From contig NC_087436.1 of the NCBI RefSeq assembly GCF_036321535.1, forward strand, positions 32,552,001 through 32,616,000: 64,000 bases of DNA. The letters run 5' to 3'. Below the pieces are notes generated by a model. That model made no database searches, had not been told where the DNA came from, and saw only the letters and a list, made by a program, of their open reading frames with translations. Position 1 is the stretch's first letter; the number at the start of each line of letters is the position of its first letter. The translations under genes and the position numbers were made by a program. The stretch comes from Camelus dromedarius (taxonomy: Eukaryota). This document shows, piece by piece, positions 1-14,800 of this stretch.

Positions 1-801
1 CAAGTGTTCCCCTGGAATCTGGCAGGGTTTAACTACCCTACAGAGTTATTAGAAAAATCTCTTACTTTGGATTTAGCTTTTGTTTCTATGGAAATTGTCT
101 GAACTCTTTCATGTATTTGTCCCTCCCTGAAGCATTCAAAATTTAAAAACAGAATAAATTTAATCTTCAGTTTAATCTGTAATGCATATTTAAAAATTGA
201 AAATTATTGACAGTTGAAGCTTGTAGCATATATGGTATTTGTGAAAAATGATCCTTTTTTTTTTTAAAGGCCAAGGCACTCTCTGCAGGACTGTTTCACA
301 AACTGTGTCTTACTGAGATGACAAAAGCTTTGGAAACATTAGTTATGCCTTTCAATGCTTTTCACCCAGTATGACTTATTACTCATTTGTGACCTACATT
401 TTTCTGCATCTAGCAAATACTTCATGTTCTCCTCTTTGTGGCTACAGTTTCCCTTGTGAAAAACTACAGGACAAAAAGAAAATTACCCACTTGTGATTTC
501 TGACCTCAGAAATGTTAATGTTTAACAGGTTCTTGCCGCTAAAGTCTATAGGCTTTACAAGGTTGCTTTGATTGTTTCTTCATATTAAAAGGTAAAATTT
601 CTTTTCTCTTAATTATTCCAGCATACCTTAGGAAAAATCATTTTTTTAAAAATTCTGACCAAAAAACAAAATAAGGAAATTCTCAAACACTTGGGAAAGA
701 AAACTGAAGTGAGACTTCATTATCTACTAAACTCAGAACAATATGTTTTTTCCTAGTTAAAAATAACTATTTCCAACTAAAATTTATCAGGCACAAGTTA
801 C

Positions 802-828
<27 letters not shown>
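802..828. repeat. (CA)n microsatellite, about 13 units
   Basis: Directly visible. Confidence 0.95.
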
Positions 829-832
<4 letters not shown>

Positions 833-2079
833 TTAACTAGATTTCTTAAGGCATAAAATTCCTTAATCTTTTCCATTAGAAGATATATATTCAATAAACC
901 CTATTATTTTTAACACAGTAAGAAATCTCAAAGGGAAAAAGAAAGTAAGCTCTTTGAGTTTGCTGGTAAAACAAAAACAAAAACTTCAAGGGTTATTATG
1001 TTTTTCAAACTTTACAGTCATCAGAAACTTTTAGATCACTTTATCAGATGGTATTGATCTCTTTCCAAACCATCCTTCTTGATTCTCTTACCCAGACTAC
1101 AAAATATAGAAAATGCTTATGCTGTACCCTTATTGTTTCCTGTGTTTTAATTCCACCTACCCAACTGAGCATCCAGAGGACTTTTCCAGATTCCCAAAGC
1201 AGAGCACAACTCTGAGTACCTGGCACAAGTCCTACAGGAGTGTCAGACTTAAGCAACAGCTATGATTTGAGGCAACAGATTAAAGATATATATACACCAG
1301 AATTCACACAGTGATGTCTCAGTTTGATATTCTTTTAGGTTGAAATAAATAAAAGCATACAGTCCTTTTTATCAAATATATGGTAAATTTAGAAAAAAAA
1401 AAAAAAGCCAATCAGAGAAATCTGAATACAAGAGGTAGTCTTCACATGGAATTTGAAAGACCAAAACAGGCTATATTTTAAGGTGTCCTGAAGTTCTTAG
1501 AAGGGAGACATATTTGATCTTAACATATCCAAAGTCGAAAGACATTGCCCCTAAAAACATTAAATGCCTCTACTCTCGTAGAAGAGATCGCATATTTTGA
1601 GGGAAGAGGGTTCTTTGGTGAAGAGATTCGAAGACAGGAGAAAGAACTTGGGCAACTGCAAGACCAGACTGGGAGGCTCATGACATGGCACCTCTGACCC
1701 ACAAAATCTGCCTTGTGTCTTTCAGCAGAAAAAAGGCCCTGGAATGGGCATAAGACAGAATTTTTGGAACCAGGGTCTTTCCTTCTTAAAAGTAAGGTTA
1801 TCTAATTACTTTCTATTTTGAACCCATATAATTTCTTATGAAAATGCTGATGGCAGTAGAATTACATATTTCACACTTTTTAGTTTTTCTATGACCTAAG
1901 AAAATGATCATTATTGGCCTGAGGTACAAAAGATGCAGCAGTGGGGCAAGTGACAAAGGCAAGGACAAAATAAGAAGACCTGAAGGTGAAGTTTCCTTTA
2001 CACATGCTCTAACAACCTCAACTCCTTCCTAATAATCATTGTACAATAATACTCTCAGAACTACAGCTATAGCTACAAC

Positions 2080-2185
2080 ATGCCAGGCATGATTCTTAGC
2101 ACTTTATTGTAATAACTCGTCACTTCTCTATGAAGTAGGTACAATTATGGTCCCCATTTTACAGATGAGGAAATCGAACAAAGTG
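2080..2185 (-). mobile_element. MIR fragment (others at about 3760-3920, 6800-6940, 7120-7210, 45060-45240)
   Basis: CCCATTTTACAGATGAGGAAA MIR core motif. Confidence 0.6.
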
Positions 2186-2627
2186 GCTAATATATCAGTT
2201 TAAATTATTACTAAACTGTCAGAAGGTATTTATTTGATCAGACATGGTAGAATTTCATGAAGAGCAGAATCTTGCATTGGGATTTTACTACAATATAGCC
2301 TGGGTTTCTCCATGGTTGGGAACTGGCTGTGGCATAGTGCCTCATTTAATACTAATACGAACACTGTTGCTAAATAGATTACTGTTGATGAAAATGTCTG
2401 AAATGATCTTTCCAGTCATTCAGCAGTAAAGATATTTTGGATCTACAGGAACGACTAAAATCACATTGATAATACTTAACTGTTATGAAGTCTTACCTTT
2501 GTTAAGCTATCTATGGGACAAGGCAAAGCTAATTATATATGTTCATGTAAAACAAAGATTTTTCTATTATTAATGGAGTTTGTATTTTACTTAAGAATAT
2601 TGTTAACCAGGCATTCCATCTACCTTT

Positions 2628-2828
2628 TTTTTTTAACATTTTTTTAATTGCGTTATAGTCATTTTACAATGTTGTGTCAAATTCCAGGGTAGAGTACAAT
2701 TTTTCAGTTATACATGAACATACATATATTCATTGTCACATTTTTTTTCGCTGTGAGCTACCTTGTATATATTTCCCTGTGCTATACAATATAATCTTGT
2801 TTATCTATTCTACATTTTGAAATCCCAG
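2628..2828 (-). mobile_element. Young 5'-truncated L1 3' end (camelid-type)
   Basis: Poly-T at the left end and L1 3' UTR-like body. Perfect 13-bp TSD TCCATCTACCTTT at 2615-2627 and 2829-2841. Confidence 0.8.
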
Positions 2829-3168
2829 TCCATCTACCTTTAATTATATAGAAACACAAACCTAACTAGATGACCTTCCTCTGTAAAAATCAAAATCACA
2901 AAATTTAAAAGTAGGACATGTCATATAATTATGATTTCTGAGAAGTATTCCAAGTTTGGACAAAGCTTAAATGTTAGAGTAAGATGAGAGAGATAATTTC
3001 TATTTAGAAAGAAAAAGTCCACTGCACTGGACCCTCCTACTTTTATCAACCAATTGCCCCTTTAACTCTCTCCCACAATCCTCAAAATAACAAAAAAACT
3101 AAAGAAAAAAAAGATAAAGAATTACAAGGCAACTGGTTCTGATTCTTATTTTTGACACCTAAGATTAC

Positions 3169-3358
3169 CCTGATTTCCTGTGGAAGTGTGAGCCACCGAA
3201 CTCCAGGGAGATTGTCTACAAGCACGGCACTGAAAGCATCATACTGCTGTGCACTGGGACTGGCACTGGAATGTAGCTTAGCAGGCTGAAGTGCTCTTTG
3301 GAAGAATAAGTCGAAAAAATGATCCAAACGAGGAACATTCTCAACCTGGCAAAAGGCA
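3169..3358 (-). CDS. INTU: INTU coding exon 8 (190 nt): [63 protein letters not shown]
   Basis: Overlaps ORF 3082..3327. Acceptor tcttcag|TGCC, donor AGG|GTAATC. Total spliced CDS is 1452 nt with no stop; the next exon was not found in 1-3168. Confidence 0.96.
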
Positions 3359-4154
3359 CTGAAGAAACAAGAGCCGTGAAGTCAGAACAACATACTGAAA
3401 TGGTGGTCATCTCTTTCTTGTGTGCTCCTAAGGGGACTGGATCTCTCCCCACAACACAGGCTCTCTTTCCACTCCTTCTCCCTAAACAGGAATTACCACT
3501 GTAATGTTACTGATGGAGCATGTTAAGAAATTCACCCCATTGATATTTTTTACCCTAAAACCTATTTTTTTTTTTACCCTAAAACCTTTGAGTAGATGGT
3601 ACCATGGAAGAACCACAGGGATAACACAAGTGGTATAATAGAATGGCTGAAGCACCCCTTCTGCAAAAAATAAGTTGCTTTTACCTCTGACCATCTCTCA
3701 ACCATTTACAACTCCCGATATCTTCCAGGTAACATAGTATGATAAAGAGATTTTGAGGTTTGTAATAGAACAGATCTGGCTTTGATGCTTCTCGCTGCTT
3801 TTTTTACTAGGTAGATCTCTAGGGAAAATCATCTAACCTTTCTCTGAACTTTTGTTTCCAAATGGGGATAATACTATCTAACTCACAAGCAAAGTAACTA
3901 GTACATAGTTAAGTTTAAGTACTTATTGTGCTTATTACTTACTGGTATACAGTAAACACATAATTAGCCTAAGTTATTTCCTCCCCTCTTCACTAATGAA
4001 GGCATAACTGTTTAAGAACTTAAAAAAAAAACAACTACTCGTCTTTAGCCATGTGAAAGTAATACAGCATTGTCTACAACCGCTCATTGGAACAGCCCAC
4101 TGGATAACACAATAAAGGGTATATATACCATTAATATATCAGGATAATATTCAC

Positions 4155-4800
4155 TGATTCATTAAGCCAATTACTTGAGTGCTACTATGTTCCAGGCACT
4201 ATTCTCATTGCTGGAGGTAATTTTTACAGCAGTAAAAATATCAAGACAAAAGACAAGGTCTCTGCTCCCATGAAGCTCACATTCTACTGGAGAATGACAA
4301 CAAATGAACAAAAAGTAAAAACATGAACTTGTCCAAAGCACTATGCAGAGATCAGGACCATGTGAGTGGATGAGGTGACTGGTCAGCTATTTTAGATCAA
4401 ATGGTTAGAGGAGAGTCTCTGAGAATGGGGCATTTCAGCTGAGATCCCGATGTCAAAACGGTCCAGGAAGAGGCCAGAGTGCAAAAGCCCAGGGTGGAAA
4501 CAAGCTTGGCCAGGGTGCCTGCAGAACAGTACACAGGGGCGGTGTGGTTTGAGATCTGAGATCAGAAAGGTATGCAGGAGCCAGATAACAATGCAGAAAG
4601 ATCACTCTAACTTTGGAAATTAGAGAGGCAGGAATGGAGGCAAGGAAACCAGTTAGGAAGTTACTACAGTAGTGACAGAGGGCAGTGGCTGGACAAGGTA
4701 ATAGTGCAGATGGAGAGAAGTGCATAGATTTGAGGTATGTTTTGAAGACAGGCTGATTAGGATTTGCTGGTGGATTAGCCAGCAAGAATGAAGGAAACCT
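4155..4800 (-). mobile_element. L2 LINE 3' fragment
   Basis: TTGAGTGCTACTATGTTCCAGGCAC...GGAGAGAAGTGCATAGATTTGAG resembles the reverse L2 3' end. Confidence 0.65.
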
Positions 4801-6456
4801 GTATCTTTAATTTGATCACAACATTAAACTTTATTAATGTATAATCAGTTTTTTTTGTGTGTGGCTCACAGGGAACTAACCAGCTTAAAACTTGAAAAAG
4901 ACAATATAGGCTTTTGGACTTTTTAGTCTTTTCATAATTATTCATAATGGGCCTTTGATATCTTTCATAATCAGAAAAAAACTTGTGATAAAAAATTACT
5001 GCAAAATGACAATTGACAGTATCTTGGATCCATACTGCTTCTTGGTTTTAAGTACTCATTGGATCTTCACGTTTATTATCTTAGTTTGCCTTTCAAATTC
5101 TCACTTGAACAAGAAGAAACTACTTAAATTTGGTGTCAGTTTGGAGATACTTCCAAATCAATGGGAGCTAAATTTCAACATGAAATTCTGCCCACAGCCT
5201 ACTCCATTGGAATTTGCAGAACAATTTCAATTGCTTGTCTTCATGCACGGAAATCATTGAAGGAATTTAATCTTTGATTATCTCTTTTCTTTTTAAATAA
5301 AAATAGAAAGCTTCAATAAGGCAAAATATAGCAAGGTTTGCTTATTTAGTATAAATTTAAAGAGATAGTTTATAACCATATCCTTATTCTTCATTGGTTA
5401 AAAATTTCCTTATTAGTAAAAGGTAAAAGCACTGAATGTTGCTGCCCAATATTTTGTAGTTCACACATTTGGAAAATGCTCTTAAGTAACTGCATTTCAG
5501 AGAGAGGTGTCTCCCAAGAGGCTCCTGGAGAAAAACACTGCAAACTAGACAATTTTCCCAGATGGCACAATCACAGAAAATTCCTTTAGGCAGCTTTGAG
5601 GACAGTGACAACAAAGATCCACTCTAGATAAACATATAGCTGATACCACTATGGCTTGGAAAAATGTATAAACTGAATTCGGATTTTGATATTGATACAC
5701 TCTTAAGGCTTTGAAAGCAAAGGTATCATATTAGCCCTCTGAAGTACTGGGACTTACAAAAATCCCACAAAGAGAAAAATCTATCTTACATAATTTTACA
5801 TGTTCAAATGTTAAATGGTTACCTCAAATTTCCTCCTTCAGATCAAGAAAGATGCATCACATACTGCAAGGTTAGAAAAGAAAGAAGCAGAAAAATATGC
5901 ATAATATGAGCCCACATGTGTAAAAAAAAAAAAGAGAGTATGTATATCCATATTGTATAGAAAATACATGGAAGGATATACATAAAACTAAATAGTTGAT
6001 TACCTTCTCCACTGTGTTTTTTATTTATTTTCATAGTGCATACATTGTTTTACTAAAAAAATCTTTAAGGAAAAAGTATCACACTGTAGGATAGTGAACT
6101 TGACAACAGTCTTATAATCACAAAAAAATGTATTTAAAGTCTTCTTACTCTTTTCTGTATCTGTTCTGAAGAAATCTGCCCCTACAGAAATATATCAAAT
6201 CAGAATATAATGGTGGTTACATCACTATTTCACAAAAGTAACATATGAGACCAAAAAAGAAAAAGCAATGTATCAAATGAAAAACTGCCTAGAGCTGTAA
6301 AATAAAAGCCAGTTTGAAGGATGAGAAAATAATAAGAAAAAGAAGAAGAAAAAAACCCCAAACAACTAACTTGCCAACCAAAGAACACTATTAACTGCAA
6401 AAGGTGATTTGGAAGCATATACTTAAAACTTGAGATTCAACTCAAAGAAGTACTTA

Positions 6457-6564
<108 letters not shown>

Positions 6565-9068
6565 TTATAACATAATCAAACAATACATGACATAAAAGAA
6601 GCTGTTCATCTTTACATTTTATGTGTAATGAATGTGAAAATGGTGTGTGTTAACTGGGAGTATAGCTGTGTAAAATGGTTGCTAGGAAGGTTGCATTACA
6701 AATTAAAGACTTTGATGTCTAGATCTGGGGTTCTAGCATGGGTCAAGTAGAGATTTTCACGGGATTCACAAGTAATCATCATACTGACTATTCACGTCTG
6801 TATGGAGATCACTTAACCCCCTTTAGGATTCAATTTCCTTTCTGTGTAAAAGGGAACCAAAATCACTAAGCCCTTCTCAGGCTCATTTTGAGGATTAAAT
6901 AAAATTAATGCAAATAAAGTAGTTGGTGCAGTACCTAGGCCCCACAGAAAGAAATGCTACATTCTTGACACTTTCCAGTATTACCCAGATCTCAATTGAA
7001 TCTCCAACTCTTGTGAAAAAAAAAATCCCTAAGTGCTAGAGAAAGGAAAGAAAGTAGGAGAAAGGAAAGAAAGAAATGGATTTAACACTTTCTCCTTGAA
7101 GCTTTGTAAAACTCTACAAAGCAGGTCTTATCATTCCCATCATACCAATGGGTAAACAGGTTCAAGAAGTGAAGTAACTTGTGCAAGGACACACAGGCAG
7201 TAGAACCTGCTAGGGCGCATCCATCTCCTTAGCTACCAAGTTCCCGTCTCCACTACTTCATGGTGTCTTCTGCTTAGATCCCCGCTGTTCACTGCAGCCA
7301 TCACAGGAGGATGCTCTCTCCCTGCTGGAAACACATGTTCCTGGGGTATAAGCCCCACCCTATCTTCCAGGGGGACGGCACTTTTCTCACTTGTAAAAGG
7401 CAGTGGCGAAGAGGGAAACGCACAGGCTTTGGCACTGAGACAAATGTGGGGAAAATCCCAGGGCCACCAGTTCAATTATAAACCACACGCACAATGTTGG
7501 AGATACATGGACACGTGAATGACATGGAGGGGGTGCTTGTGCATGATCTCACAATACTCTATTTCCCAGTCTGAACAAGTGAGACTCATAATACCTACCG
7601 TTCATGGTTATGTAAAACAGATGGAATGAGGGAAAGAATCTGGTACAGAGTGGTTAACACGAGCAGTAAGAGAGCTGGGTAAAGAGGTGGCTAGGGCTGT
7701 TTCTGACTTGAAGCTCAGAACAGAGGAGGAGGAGGATCTTCAAATTCATTCTAACTTACCAAACCAAGTTCTCTAGGATAGGAATTACTCCCCTCCCCAC
7801 TCCCACCCACGTAATAAAGAAATTGGCTAGAGCTTTCCCTATCCAGCACAACCTTAATCCGGAGCTTAGCAGTGACAGTTCTATTTTTGGCTTCAGGGTA
7901 AAACCTCTACAGGAAACTATCTCTATCTGCCTAACTCATTTAGCTGGTGGCATCAGAGGCTGGCATCAGAATGTGATGGAGCAGCCTCTGCTCAGTTCCT
8001 TAGCTGGGCCCTCCTCTCTGCTCTCTAACTGCCGCCCTACCACTATCTTACCATTGTATTATCTGTGCCTTTTCTTTTGCATTTTGAGCTACTACAAAAG
8101 TCTAAAGGCAGCTGTTTTACCCTGCCACGACACTCTAAAGTGTCCCATTCTGGACATTCTCGAATTCTTATAAACCCATACTTTCAAAACAACTCAGTTT
8201 TTCATATTCCAACCCATTGGTATAGGGCAGTCTCCTGGCAGGGTTTATTACATTACCCTTTTAGACAGAAAAATGCACATTGGCTGGTCATCCATATATG
8301 TCACAGCACCATTATTCCCCCACATTACAATTTCTGAATGCCACATTCATGATCTGTCCAAAATTAAAGACCCCTTCGAAATGTAAAACATTTTGAAATT
8401 TTCCACTACACCCTTTGAAGTTCCTGCTTGTGGTGTTAAAACATGTCCACAAATTGTTTGAAACTCCTCCCCTCAAAATGTGGAGCTTAACTACCCTCTC
8501 CTTGAGTGTGGGCTGGATTTAGTAACTCAATTCTAACAAATATATACAAATGTCATCCCTGCTTTTACCTCTAACTATTAGAGTAAGATGTATTTCTAAA
8601 TAGTTGCAAAAAAGTTAAGAAGGACAATGATAATATAAGATGTACCACTAGAGAAGTCATTTTAGAGTTAAGTATTCATTATTTGGTCAAAGGTGTTCCA
8701 AGGGTGGTTAGGGCAAAACACCTTTTTGCTAACTTAATTCTACAAAATTGCCAAAGTAAAAAACTGTAAACAGGCAAAATCCAAATCATACGATCAAAAG
8801 TTTGAGCAGAACTCTGTACTGGCCACATCTCAGACCAAAGTGTATTGATGGCTCCCACCTTTACTAACTGGTCTAGCTGGGCCTTCCTGGCACCTTTCTG
8901 CACTGTCCACACCAAAAGGACAGGGAGCTACTGTACTAGTGCAACAGACCTTTAAATTGCAAAACTGCTTGGTTTTGACTTTTGACAGAAATGTCATAAT
9001 TTTAATACATGAGATTTTGTTAGCAGTATTTTAGAAATGAGCTTAAAGTAAACAAAAATCCCAACTTA

Positions 9069-9197
<129 letters not shown>

Positions 9198-10359
9198 TTA
9201 AATGTCATAAAATTATAAACAGTCATTCATAAAAGAGTACATATGGTATGAGTTAAGAACTGCGTGTTAATAAGCAAATTTCTTGGCATACACCTAACTG
9301 CCACACAGAAAAGGCAAGAAATTGTACAACAAAAACCTGAAATACATATTTTAAAAAAATCCACAAAACTCTGGTTCAAACAAAAGTAGACCCATTACAG
9401 CAAAAAAGTGGTGAAAATCTTTTGCTAACATTTACTGAATATATACAATTTTTTTTCAAAAGAAAGCTTCCATCCCAGTGTGTTAATTTAACAAATCTTT
9501 TCTGATTGTCTACCTATAAACATGTTTACTAAAAGAGATTACAAAGAAACAAAGATGTGGCTCCAGCCTACAAGATGATCATTTAGTATGGGACACAGAT
9601 ACATAAACAAGTAACTGAAATATATGTCAGATTTAAACGTGTTCTCAAGGAAACACTTTAAGTGATAGGTATATTCATGGTGGTGATGGTCTGAGTCTAT
9701 TCCAATGTCAAAAATGATCAAATTATACACTTATATGTGTGCAGTTTCCTGTACTTCAATTATATTTCGATGAAGCTGGAAAACAAATTGAATGCATTCT
9801 AAAGAGATATACAATAGTCAACTATGGAAACATAGAGAATGATTCTTTCTTACAGTGTGGGGAGGTGGTGGGAAGAAGATAAAATAAAAACATTCTTTGT
9901 TGAAATTAAAATACATCCGTCAGTCTTTATCTGTTGAGTTCTTAGGATATAGTGTTAACTTCTATACTGCAGTAGATAAATGTGTGGGATTTTAAATATG
10001 AATTGCTAACAGGTTTTTTTCAAAAGGGTTATACTTTTGCCTTTATAAAGTTTTAAAAATGCATAGACAAATATTAGACTCATTTGTAGTCATAATTAAT
10101 TTCACTGCAGTTTTAAAACATGCAACAAAGGACACACACTGCTAAGGAATCCCTGACATAATATTTATTTTTGCATTGATTCTTTCACAAAAAAGTCTTC
10201 CTATACACATTTACTGTTTTCCACATGTTTAACCCATATCTTATCTAGTAAGATCTAAATATCATGTAAAATATCTGTACTTTTGAGAAAAATAAAATAA
10301 AATCCACATGGAGAAACTTAAAACAAATTTTATTATTAATAAGATTAAAAATGAGGCCT

Positions 10360-10680
10360 GCACCTTGAAAACTTTATGCTAAGTGAAAGAAGCTAGTTAC
10401 AAATAGTGACATAGTATGATTTCATTCTTCTGAAATGTCCGGAAGAGGGAAATCTATAGAGAGAAAGTAGATGAGTGGTTGCTTAGGCCTTGAGGTGGGG
10501 TAGGTGGATTGATAGCTAAAAGGTGCAGGGTTTCCCTCTGAGAGGATAAAAATGCTGTAAAATTGACTCTGGTGATGGTTGCACATATCTGTGAATATAC
10601 AAAAACCACTGAATCGTATACTTTAAATAGGTGAATTGTACGATACATAAACTATATCTCAATAAAGCTATTTAAAAAAA
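10360..10680 (+). mobile_element. L1MB/ME-type 3' end
   Basis: CCTTGAAAACTTTATGCTAAGTGAAAGAAGC...TATCTCAATAAAGCT is a typical old L1 3' UTR. Confidence 0.7.
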
Positions 10681-11758
10681 TAAAAGGAGGCCTATGACAT
10701 GTTTCTATGAATGCATTTATACACTAAATGGACCCTCAGTTACTAGTATCCTGAAATAAAACAATCTTTTCTATATATACTGTATTAATGAAGTCCCAGT
10801 GTTAAACATCACTTTCACTTAGAAAAACAAAGAAATTCTTTTTCCTGTTGTCTTGCAGATCCTATCTTTTAAAATCCTAGAGGAGTCATTTTAACCAGAA
10901 GATGGGAAAAGAAAAGTTAAGCCTAGAAAATCCAACTTGATATTTTATCAGTATTAAGGGGTTCTAAAAAAGGTAAACTTTTTTTGGTAAAGTCTAAAAC
11001 TGTTGCACTATTAAGGAAGAAAAATGGTTTATCATCTACAGATTTATTTTATGAAAAAAAGCAAAAACAAAACACAAGAGTTTGAGCCCTCTCCTTTCAT
11101 AAGTTAACTATGGGCATTTCAAAGACAGGGCCTGATGAGTCAATGTGGAATGCGATACAAGGCTCTATAATTGACTCTATGATGTACTTTAACTTTCAAA
11201 AAGGCATTTGATATCAGTTTGCTTATCCATCACTGAGTGAACTTGCACAGATGATACTGACTTCTGAATACTCTTCCTAAAGTGTATGAGTATTGTGTGT
11301 TTTCCTATCATTGTTGTAAGAACAGAATATTCTGAAGTATATGAAAAATTCAGTGTTCAGTCATTTTTAGCAACCACAAAGGTATTGTCTAGCAAGTTAA
11401 TAATCAAGATAAAAACGTGGAAAAGCCCAGACTCATTAAATGCTATGCTTCAGTGATATCACCTTCATGAAGAAATTCTAAAGTATAGGTCATTAGTCCA
11501 ACTTTGCTGTTTAAAGTATACTAAAACACTCAGCTCTGCAGATGTACTGAGAACCTACACTTTAAACAGATGACTAGAAAGAAATAACTTACATGAGAAA
11601 CAAAATATCTGCAGATATCATATCTGCCACATAGATATTTACATTACAGCTACAAATACATTTGTATAATAGATACCTGCCTTGGTATTTTCTTTGTCAG
11701 AACCAATGTAAAGAACTTGAAAGGCAGAGAATTAAAGCTAAATAAAAATCAATTATTA

Positions 11759-11881
<123 letters not shown>

Positions 11882-14800
11882 TTAAACGAAAAGAAACAGA
11901 AATGTCAACCCCTACCAAATTTTCCAATCACTATTGTTTTCATGGCAAGTTCAGACCTTCAATTAAGAAAAGAACAAAAAAATGCATCTTTTCAGTTTCC
12001 CTAGGAGTTTTATTCAAACATGAGATAAGTATGCCTGGAATTTTAACACATTACCTACTATTTAAAATACCAAAAAACAAGTTAGAGACTGTCAGAATTG
12101 GCCAGGCTATATATACAGAGTAGGACACTGATTAGTTGAAATAATTACAACTAATTTCAAACAATGTTTCAAACTTTAATCTCTTTTACAATAAATTCAA
12201 ATGCTAGTATTTTATTATATTTCATTATACAGATATTCTTATCTCCTATGGTTACATATCTACACAGACACCACATGTAACTTTTAGGAGTCTTTAAATT
12301 TAATTACTTTCATTACTAACTTCTAAAGAATCTTCATCTTTGATGAAACCATTAAATCTTATTTAAGCGCAAGGCAAGACTGCAGTTAAACTTACAAAGC
12401 GAGAGTACAAAATTAAACTAGTGCAGATAGGAAGAAAGAATTATTATGATACTATAAAATCTTCAGTTTAAAGTTGAAAGTGTTTGCCCAACACAAAATA
12501 ATCTGAATCCTAACTTTGAAAGAGAAGACATTTTAAATTACGGAAATTATTAAACCTATAAGGTAATTCACAAAATGCTTAATAGTTTTCTATTTTCAAG
12601 AAGAGCATGTTCCCAGGAAATAAATAGGTTTTACAAAATAAAATAAATTTCAAAATCAGGAAGTACACTGCTAGAACTTTTACACAAAGGGATGTATTCT
12701 GCACATCACTTTTTTGCTGTTACTTAAAGCCACATGCTATTTTTCTCACAAGGCAAATTAAAAGCAGGCAAAATAAAAATTCTAGATGGAAATCACAGAG
12801 AATTCAGAGTAACTTCCAGTTACACTGTTTAATGACAATATCCAGTAATATTAATATAGTCATTATTGAAAGCCCAAACTCTTAAAATAGTATATCTTTT
12901 CCCTGGTTCTCTCTCTAAAGAGTGTTCTACACTTTGCTTTGGTCTCTCTTTACAAGAAATAATTATGTGACTTGGAGTCCATGTCTTGGCAACTTTCACG
13001 TTAGGACAAAAAGAAATAATGGTATTTATTATTATCTGGATACATCTGTTTTTTATTCTTTTTAAGCACATTGAATATATGAAAATTGCTATGCAATATG
13101 CTGGCCAAATTCTCTCTTCTGGCAATACTTCTAGTGTAAAAACAGTTACAAAACATTTTATCATTAAAAATTAAGTCAGAGATCAGTTAAGATCTGTTAT
13201 GTCTACTTAATAAATTTAAACCTTAACTGGCAGATACTTACTGTATTTAGCCAAATACCAAACACCACTTTAAACAAACACCACTTACTCTTTGATTCAT
13301 TTTTTGAAATTTCCAAATCTTGTAACTTGAAGGAAACAAGCAGTTATTAAATACGTAACTCACATGGAAACAAAATGACCCTATGCCATTTAATTGTAAA
13401 ACAAGTAATACCAGTACAGAGGTCATTTGAGAGAGTCTATTCCAAGCTCTGCAGTGACCAGCCTGGAAAGCCTCACTATTCAAGCCCTGGCAAGCTGCAC
13501 AGTTCCTAACCCATTTAATTAGCTGTATTTTTAAGCCCTTGTTGGCAGCCTGCATTTGCAGCAGCTTCCACTCTGTACAATAAGAATAAAAAGGCTCTCC
13601 TAACTACAATGTTGATACAGGGCTGTCAACAGACAGAAACCTGTTCATCTGAGAAACATCTACACAGTTTCCCATGGAAAGAAAGGCAAGGGTGACAAAA
13701 GGCCTCAGTGCTATCCTACCCCGAGACGACCCAGACAGACTCAGGGTGCTATCCCAGAAATGTGCTGTGTGTCTTATATAACAAATGGTTAAATTCCTCA
13801 TTTGTTTTAAAGACATAAAGGACTAGTAACACATGCAAGAAATTACAATTATCAACTCTAGGTCCCCACGTCTTTTTTCAGAACACAGAAAATTACAAAA
13901 ATATATATAAGTAAGTCCTTTCTTTTCCATGTCAGTTACTGACTAAATTTTGATCTATGAAGAAGCTATCGATGGAAATACATCCTTTGGATTAAATGGC
14001 CTTGGCATTGAGAACATAGGCTGCAAGGATTTCAAAAGCAAAGAAATGTATGTTAAGTAAAAACTTTTCAGATCTCACTTCTGCTCAAAGCATCATGATA
14101 AACTAGATGCTTTGAGACAACTTTGTGCTGTAAAACTACAAGATTCATGGCCAAAATATACTTGCTGAATTGCTGGATATAGAAGTAGAGAGGTTTCCAG
14201 GGACATCATTTCCGTATCCTTCCAACTCCCTTCCGTAGCACTGCAAGGCAAGCTGGGCCTCAGCAGGGAGTGGTTAGTGGGCAGAAGGACAGGCAAGTGG
14301 TCTTGAGGGCTGACACCTACAATAGCTTCAGTAAGGACACTGAGCACTGGGCTAGTGGTTAGGTAGGTGAGCTAAGCCTAGGACCCCTAAGTAAGGCTGT
14401 GTTAAACCCAGACCCTCGAGTAAGGCTGAAGTGCCCTAGCTCTGTGACAAGCAGAAGTGGCAAATTCTCTTTGGAAGAAGGCATTCCCCACTTAGAACCA
14501 AGGGACTCACAAAGATAAAATCAAGTAGTAAGTTCACTCGATACCGAAGGATGTAAGAAGGCAAGCACCACAAGCCAGAGTCTCCACCAGGCCTTAGAGA
14601 TACTGGAATGGGAAGATGTAGAATAGAGAAGAGCTATGTATGAAGTGCTTAGAGAAATAAAGTACAGAATCACTAAGACAAGTGAGCAACAAGAGACGAT
14701 CAGGACTAGCACAGCAGATTTGTATGGAGATTAGTTAAAAACTTTTCAGGAACTTCTAAAAATAAAAATATGACTGTTTAAACCAAAAAACACCATGGAG

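Noticed and set aside
1520..1700. Stretch open on both strands with a few CpGs, considered as INTU exon 9 or a retrocopy
   Set aside because: Does not encode the expected next INTU segment (ELD.ALSDLEAADF as recalled) and lacks convincing splice sites.
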